From positions 1,054,001 to 1,118,000 of the forward strand of contig NW_027590123.1 in the NCBI RefSeq assembly GCF_964213995.1: 64,000 bases of DNA. The letters are read 5' to 3'. Below, piece after piece: positions 58,801 through 64,000 of the stretch. Origin of the DNA: Mustelus asterias. Its lineage: Eukaryota. The position numbers and the translations under genes are program-made. Below the pieces are notes generated by a model. The model did not search any database and had not been told where the DNA came from. It was given only the letters and a program-made list of their open reading frames with translations. Position 1 is the stretch's first letter. The number at the start of each line of letters is the position of its first letter.

Positions 58801-59766
58801 GACGCCGGGGTGACCAGAATCGGGGATGTGCTCGATGGCGGAGGAGCGGGCTGGATGAGTCCCCGCGTGCTGGCTGAGCGCGCGGGGACGTCCGTCCGGC
58901 GCGTGGCCAAAGCCATCCTAGACCTTAGGACGGTCGTGCTCGGCCCCGAAACTGCACGCAAACTTGAGACGGCGCAGGCGTGCGGTGGGATCCCGCCCGA
59001 GCGTTCCCCTGTTCGGGCGGAATTCCACATTGGCCCAAAGCCTCAGCCCCCTCCCCTGGGTGAGGTGCCCCACAGCCTGAGCCGCCTCGCGGAAATGCCC
59101 TCCGTGCCTTTTTCTACCGCGCGGAGGCGTTTCCTGTGCGGGCTGCTGCTGCACACCTTCCACTACCGCCTCCTCGCCTGTCGCCCGGATACACCTTGGC
59201 GGGCCTTGTTGCCGCCGGGCGGCGGAGGTCCCCGCTGGAGGTCCCTCTACGGAGGGATCTCCCCCAATTACGTCGGGGACCTGGGGTGGAGGGTGATGCA
59301 TGCAGCAGTTCCGCACAACCGTAGGATTCACTGGTTCACGGGCTCCGAAGACTGCCCTTTCTGTGGCCTTGTGGAGTCCGTGGACCATGTCTATGTTGAG
59401 TGTCTTAGGCTGCACTCCCTTTATGTTTTCCTGAAGAACCTTTTATTGATGTTTTGTTTACACTTCAGTCCCACGCTCCTGATCTACGGACACCCGGTGC
59501 GGAGAGGGGAGGGTCGGGATGGCGACCTCCTCGTGAACCTGCTCCTGGGCCTGGTGAAACGCGCCATTTACCGGTCCAGGCAGCGGGCGATCGAGGGGGC
59601 CGTCCATCCTGACTGTCTTCCCCTCTACCGCGGCTACGTTCGCGGCCAGGTGTCCCTGGAGAGGGAGCATGCGGTGTCCACGGGCGAGGTTGACGCTTTC
59701 CGCGCCCGCTGGGCACCGCAGGGGTTGGGGTGCATTATTGACCCTGATAATCACCTTTTAATTTGA
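55876..59766 (+). CDS. Tx1 ORF2 (1296 aa), intact
   Basis: Nearly identical to 48820-52713 apart from a 1-codon deletion (SPFFY>SPFY) and P>S in the EN domain. Confidence 0.97.
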   Translation: MKVTIASLNINGSSGPHRRFQNFSVLRDGKYAVCFLQETHTVPGDEAQWLLEWRGGVYMSHLTLASCGVAILLAPRYKPEILGVKEPVPGRLLHLTVREGGVVIHLLNVYAPTAGPQQTTFYEKVSAHIDTIAGGECIILGGDFNCILEARDRTGPWLRTPAVVKLRDLIGSHDLVDVWRHLHPGSSAFTFVRPGVGASRLDRLYISKAHVSGVSSVSMRSVSSTDHSLVWADFAPSRIRRGSAYWHFNNTLLEDERFLDSFRRFWAGWRRKRGGFPSLRLWWDVGKTHVRTFCQGYARGSTKRRKSRLEELEKEVLDLEARLSRPDADPALRSEYREKKDALRDLQLARSRGAYVRSRLQFQVDLDRGSPFYSLERGRANRQQLLTLLADDGSPVSDPEGIRAIAREYYTSLFSPDPSSEDARRLLWEDLPQVGPEGVGRLEAPTTMAELTGALNGLSRGKAPGLDGLTVEFFRAFWDVLGSDYAGVLGESVATGEMPLSWRRAVIALLPKKGDLHLLKNWCPVSLLSTDYKIFARAMASRLGSVLDHLIHPDQSYTVPGRCIHDNLHLVRDLIHHTQRAGLSGAFLSLDQEKAFDRVEHEYLLGTLRAFGFGTHFVARIRLLYSAAECLIKVNGSLTAPLRFGRGVRQGCPLSGQLYSVCVEPFLRLLRRRLSGLVLRGPDVGVVLSAYADDVLLMFTDPADLRRMRECQAVYSAASSARINWAKCSGLLVGPWETDPLPEELRPFTWSRTDLLYLGAHLCPAEESWPANWRELEAKVSARLSRWTGLLRVLSYGARARVINQLVASMLWYRLVPLTPPPGFVTDIQRTLVRFFWGNRLHWVPAAVLYLPLEEGGQGLVCLRTQIATFRLQALQRYLYVEPPPQWCAMATYFFRQWHGLNYDVQLLHIELGRAPTALQELPVFYQDLLTVWNKVASRRSSPPSGVAALVREPLLRNPLLQPYNLRWLAERGAVDAGVTRIGDVLDGGGAGWMSPRVLAERAGTSVRRVAKAILDLRTVVLGPETARKLETAQACGGIPPERSPVRAEFHIGPKPQPPPLGEVPHSLSRLAEMPSVPFSTARRRFLCGLLLHTFHYRLLACRPDTPWRALLPPGGGGPRWRSLYGGISPNYVGDLGWRVMHAAVPHNRRIHWFTGSEDCPFCGLVESVDHVYVECLRLHSLYVFLKNLLLMFCLHFSPTLLIYGHPVRRGEGRDGDLLVNLLLGLVKRAIYRSRQRAIEGAVHPDCLPLYRGYVRGQVSLEREHAVSTGEVDAFRARWAPQGLGCIIDPDNHLLI

Positions 59767-60812
59767 TGTTTTTATGTTTCCTTTGCATTTTGATTTCTGT
59801 TCGGGCTGTTCCCCTCCTTTTTGGGGAGCTGCCCCTTTTACTTTGTCCTGATTTAATTTGAGTTTGTTTACTTGGTTTGACCTAAAAAGAGGTCTCTGAA
59901 TGAGAATTGAGCTTCAGACGGCCTGAAACGTGCCTCCTCTGGGGCAGCGCCTGCACTTTGTTTCCGGGGTGGGTTTGTTTAAGAAGACGCCCGGTTCTGT
60001 TTGTTTTTTGTTTTGTTTGTTTGTTCTTGGCTCCCTGCGGGGAGGAAGGAGGGAGGTGAGCTGCTGCCTGCCTTGCCCGGCCTGCCTGTTGCCTGCCTGC
60101 CTGCCGTCTGGCCTGCTTACCTGCCTGCCTGCCGTCTGGCCTGCTTACCTGCCTGCCTGCCGTCTGGCCTGCTTACCTGCCTGCCTGCCGTCTGGCCTGC
60201 TTACCTGCCTGCCTGCCGTCTGGCCTGCTTACCTGCCTGCCTGCCGTCTGGCCTGCTTACCTGCCTGCCTGCCGTCTGGCCTGCTTACCTGCCTGCCTGC
60301 CGTCTGGACTGCCTGCCTGCCTGCCGTCTGGGCTGCCTGCCGTCTGGACTGCCTGCCTGCCTGCTTGCCGTTTGGCCTACCTGCCGTCTGGACTGCCTGA
60401 CTGCCTGCTTGCCTGCCATCCGGCCTCTGGAGGGTGCGCTCTCCCCGGGGGGAGGGAGGAAGAGAGGACAGGGAGTGACTGGAGGAGAGGGGGGGGGGGG
60501 GGGCGAAGGCGTTTGGACTGTCTCTTTTCCATCTGCAGTGGGGGGGGTGAAGGCCTTTTCCTAATTCCCCTACCCACTGCTGCTGCCCCCGGGACCGGCA
60601 CCCCCTCCCCTTTTCCCTCCTGACTGGGGCACCGGCCTTGTGCCTCATCTCCCTCCTGCTCCTCCAACCTCCTCTCTCCCTCTCTCGCTCCGGGGAGAGA
60701 GCACCTACACCCTTCCCCGCCTACCCCACCCTGCCTTATCTTCCCCATCCCACATACGCCCTGCCGTGCATCTGGGCAGTCTCGGGGTGGGTGTAGCACT
60801 TCCCCTGATACC

Positions 60813-62910
60813 ATGGCGACATCACCAGCGTCGCCGGTGGCAGGGCCTTCTCGGCCCACCTATGCGGGCGTGGCGGCTGCCAGAGCCCCCGCCGCTCCCA
60901 AGGCCCTGCCGCCATTCTCTTTAATCACGCGGCAGCTCGGGGTGAAGTGCTACGCCCACCCCGACATGTCTATCGAGGCCTGCGTTAAGGCAATGGCTGG
61001 GGTTGTCGGCCCCTCAGCCATTGTCGCGGCCTCAAAGATGTACGGCCGGGCCGTATTCTTCCTGAAGGCCGAGCGGGCGGTTCGCCTCGCCCTGGAAAAG
61101 GGGCTCACGGTGGGCGGGACGTTCCTGGCGGTGGACCCTTTGGAGGCCACCGCCCACAAGATAGTAATATCGAACGTCCCGCCCTTCCTACCAAGTGAGC
61201 TCCTCCTCCCCCACCTCCATCTACTGGGGGAGGTCAGGTCCGGGGTGCAGCCGATCCCGCTCGGCCTTCGGGACCCCTCCCTCCGCCACATATACTCCTT
61301 CCGGCGCCAGGTTTTTGTCCGCCTGGCCCGGGAGGAGGAACTGGAGGGAGGGTTCAATGTCCCCCACGAGGGGACCACGTACCGGGTCTTTTGGTCCGCG
61401 GACGGTGTGCGGTGCCATGCCTGTAAGGAGGCGGGGCACGTGAGAAAAAACTGCCCCGTCTCCAAGGCCGCCGACCACCAACCCAAGGCGGCCGCAGCTG
61501 GCACCGCAGCCCCCTCTCCCCCCAAGCGAGTACCATCTGCCCCCCCGCGAGGGGAGGCCACGCCGGCAGCAGCTGCCACCTCAGCTGCCGGCGGGGGGGG
61601 AGCGGAGCCCCCGCGCGGCCAAAAGGCCCAGAAGGGACCTACAAAAAAGAAGGGGGGTACCGGAACCCCGGCCCCCAGGGAAAACACCCCAACCACCCCG
61701 GCAGCCGGCTCGGGGACCGCCTCAGTCTCCACCTGCGCCCCCCCCCCACCACCACCACCATCTGCCGGGCCCGTGGGCTCTCCGGGGCCTAGTGCTGGGT
61801 CCGGCGCCCGGGATCATGGGCCCGAGCATGGGGGGGTAAGCGACCCCGAGCCGGCAAAACTGGCGACGCCGCCACCTCGGGGGGAAGTGACGGGAGAGCA
61901 GGGGGGGCGCGGCAAGGCGAAGAGGGGCGGAGGGCGAGGGGCCTCGCCTGCCCGAGGGCAGGTTAACAAAAAGAGGCGGGGCCCCTCGGGCACCGTAGAG
62001 TTCGAGGTCTGCGTGCCCCTCCCCCCCTTGTGAGTCATCTCCTGCCGTGCCCCCACCTGTCTTTGTGCCTTGTCCCGCGAAAAAAGGGGGCAAGGCACCC
62101 TGCAAATCCAAGCATGTGTTGCCTCAGTCCCCCGGCGAGGAGTCTCCGGGGCCGGGTGGCAGCGGGGCCCCCACGGTTCCGTTCCACCCGGCCGGTTACA
62201 ACCCGGAGTTCTTCTTCAGTCTGTCGGGGGACTGGGGCGACACTCCAATGTTCATGTCCTCGTGCGGCGGCGGCGAAGAGACGATCCACTCGTCCTCTCC
62301 GTCCCGACCTTGGACGCTGGACATCCCCAACCTCAGTCCGAAGGATACACCGGACCTGGGGGGTGTCCAAGCGTCTGGGGCGGGGGGGGGGGCTGGGCCG
62401 CCGTCGCACAGGGGCCCGCAATCCGGGAAAGGTGAGCCCGGGGGGAACCCCTCCTCCACCGATCCTGGGGGTGGGATCGGGGAGGGGCTAGGGCTAGTTG
62501 GTGGCTCCGTGCCGCCCGCCGTACGTCCTGCGGCGGGGGACTCGGAGTCGAGGGGCGACCGCCCTGAGGAGGTCAGCGGCTCGGTGGAGGGCACGGGGAC
62601 ACTTTCAGAGTCTGCCCAGAGCGAGGCGGGGGACTCCCTCGTGCCCCCCACCGAGTCGTCCCTCATCCCCTCCAAGGACCTCAGGGTCTTTATCCGTAAC
62701 CATTCCGGTCGCTCCGACATAATCCGGCTAGCCCTCGGCCACTGGCCGGACCTGGCGCGGCTCGTCCGGTCCGTGAAGGCATGCTCGCATGCCTCCGCGG
62801 GCCTGGAGAAAATAGAGCGGCGCTGGGTACTGCGGTTCCTCCACAGGCTCGAAAAGGTGGGGGGTGGACTGGTGAGAATTGCGCCAGCGCCCCCCCACAC
62901 ACCTAGTTAA
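60813..62910 (+). pseudogene. Tx1 ORF1 with a +1 frameshift in a C run (~62021-62027; possibly a sequencing error)
   Basis: ORFs 60813-62033 and 62047-62910 join if one C is removed (7 C here versus 6 in the other copies). Confidence 0.85.
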
Positions 62911-62938
62911 GTGGTGACGGTGGCACAAAGCTGCTGAC

Positions 62939-64000
62939 ATGAAGGTGACCATAGCCAGCCTCAACATCAACGGCAGCAGTGGGCCACACCGCAGGTTCCA
63001 GAACTTCTCGGTCCTCCGTGACGGGAAGTATGCGGTGTGTTTCCTGCAGGAAACCCACACCGTTCCGGGAGACGAAGCCCAATGGCTCCTGGAGTGGCGA
63101 GGGGGGGTCTACATGAGCCACCTCACGCTCGCTTCTTGCGGGGTGGCTATCTTGTTGGCCCCGCGTTATAAGCCGGAGATCTTGGGGGTCAAGGAGCCGG
63201 TGCCAGGCCGGTTGCTGCACTTGACGGTCCGTGAGGGGGGCGTGGTCATTCACTTGCTGAATGTCTACGCCCCGACCGCTGGACCGCAGCAAACGACTTT
63301 CTACGAGAAAGTGTCCGCTCACATCGACACCATCGCGGGGGGCGAATGCATTATCCTCGGGGGAGATTTCAACTGCATCCTCGAGGCACGGGACCGCACC
63401 GGCCCCTGGCTGCGCACTCTGGCGGTGGTGAAGTTGCGGGACCTGATCGGGTCCCACGACTTGGTGGACGTCTGGAGACATCTCCATCCTGGCTCCAGCG
63501 CCTTCACTTTCGTGAGGCCTGGAGTCGGAGCGTCCAGGCTCGACCGCCTTTACATTTCGAAGGCGCACGTGTCCGGCGTGTCCTCGGTCTCCATGCGGCC
63601 GGTGTCGAGCACGGACCACAGCCTGGTGTGGGCGGACTTTGCGCCGTCTCGCATCCGGCGGGGGTCCGCGTACTGGCACTTTAACAACACGCTGCTGGAG
63701 GACGAGCGCTTCCTGGACTCGTTCCGTCGATTCTGGGCCGGCTGGAGAAGGAAGCGGGGAGGCTTCCCCTCCTTGAGGCTCTGGTGGGATGTGGGCAAGA
63801 CTCACGTCCGTACCTTCTGTCAGGGGTACGCGAGGGGGTCGACAAAGAGGCGGAAATCCAGGCTCGAGGAGTTGGAGAAGGAGGTGCTCGACCTGGAGGC
63901 ACGTCTCAGTCGGCCTGACGCGGACCCGGCCCTGCGTTCGGAGTACAGGGAGAAGAAGGACGCGCTGCGAGACCTGCAGCTTGCCAGGTCTCGCGGCGCG
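62939..64000 (+). CDS. Tx1 ORF2 N-terminal part (endonuclease), truncated by window end
   Basis: ATGAAGGTGACC at 62939, collinear with the other copies. Confidence 0.93.
   Translation, partial: MKVTIASLNINGSSGPHRRFQNFSVLRDGKYAVCFLQETHTVPGDEAQWLLEWRGGVYMSHLTLASCGVAILLAPRYKPEILGVKEPVPGRLLHLTVREGGVVIHLLNVYAPTAGPQQTTFYEKVSAHIDTIAGGECIILGGDFNCILEARDRTGPWLRTLAVVKLRDLIGSHDLVDVWRHLHPGSSAFTFVRPGVGASRLDRLYISKAHVSGVSSVSMRPVSSTDHSLVWADFAPSRIRRGSAYWHFNNTLLEDERFLDSFRRFWAGWRRKRGGFPSLRLWWDVGKTHVRTFCQGYARGSTKRRKSRLEELEKEVLDLEARLSRPDADPALRSEYREKKDALRDLQLARSRGA

Larger units (their letters stand above)
52840..59892 (+). mobile_element. Tx1-clade LINE copy 2, full length (7053 bp)
   Basis: ~920-bp 5' UTR with minisatellite, ORF1, 28-nt spacer, ORF2, ~125-bp 3' UTR; identical junctions AAAAAGAGG|TCTCTGAATG at both ends. 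Confidence 0.95.
59893..64000 (+). mobile_element. Tx1-clade LINE copy 3 (runs off the window end)
   Basis: 5' UTR appears identical to copy 2; ORF1 and the start of ORF2 are present. Confidence 0.95.

Noticed and set aside
45191-64000. Telomeric HeT-A/TART-like retrotransposon array
   Set aside because: No TTAGGG repeats or chromosome-end evidence in the window, and the left flank is tRNA-spacer DNA.

Overview
Eukaryotic genomic DNA, most likely from a shark or other elasmobranch (inferred from HE1-type tRNA-derived SINEs, HER1/CR1-type LINEs, Penelope remnants and a two-exon GPR139-like gene). Left to right: (1) the edge of a T-cell receptor alpha/delta V region, with two V segments in opposite orientation, each carrying a 23-type RSS (1-96 +; 4580-4894 -); (2) a decaying tRNA cluster (Val-Gln-[Lys]-Pro-Leu-Glu) present as two ~10.7 kb paralogous blocks (~7.3-18.1 kb and ~23.2-33.9 kb), plus Ile, Asn and Glu relics; (3) an intact two-exon GPR139-like GPCR (38925-40602); (4) from 45.2 kb to the window end, a young head-to-tail array of a 7053-bp Tx1-clade L1-like retrotransposon, capped on the left by an inverted 3' fragment. 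The best novelty candidate is a ~300-340 bp structured, U2 snRNA-headed SINE-like element. It occurs twice at one site 8 bp downstream of a tRNA-Gln gene, is flanked by 15-bp target-site repeats, and the empty site is visible in the paralogous block. The Tx1 array starts in a paralog of a tRNA-Glu upstream spacer, which hints at a tRNA-cluster-targeting LINE/SINE pair. All alignments were made by eye; repeat boundaries are approximate and family names need database confirmation.
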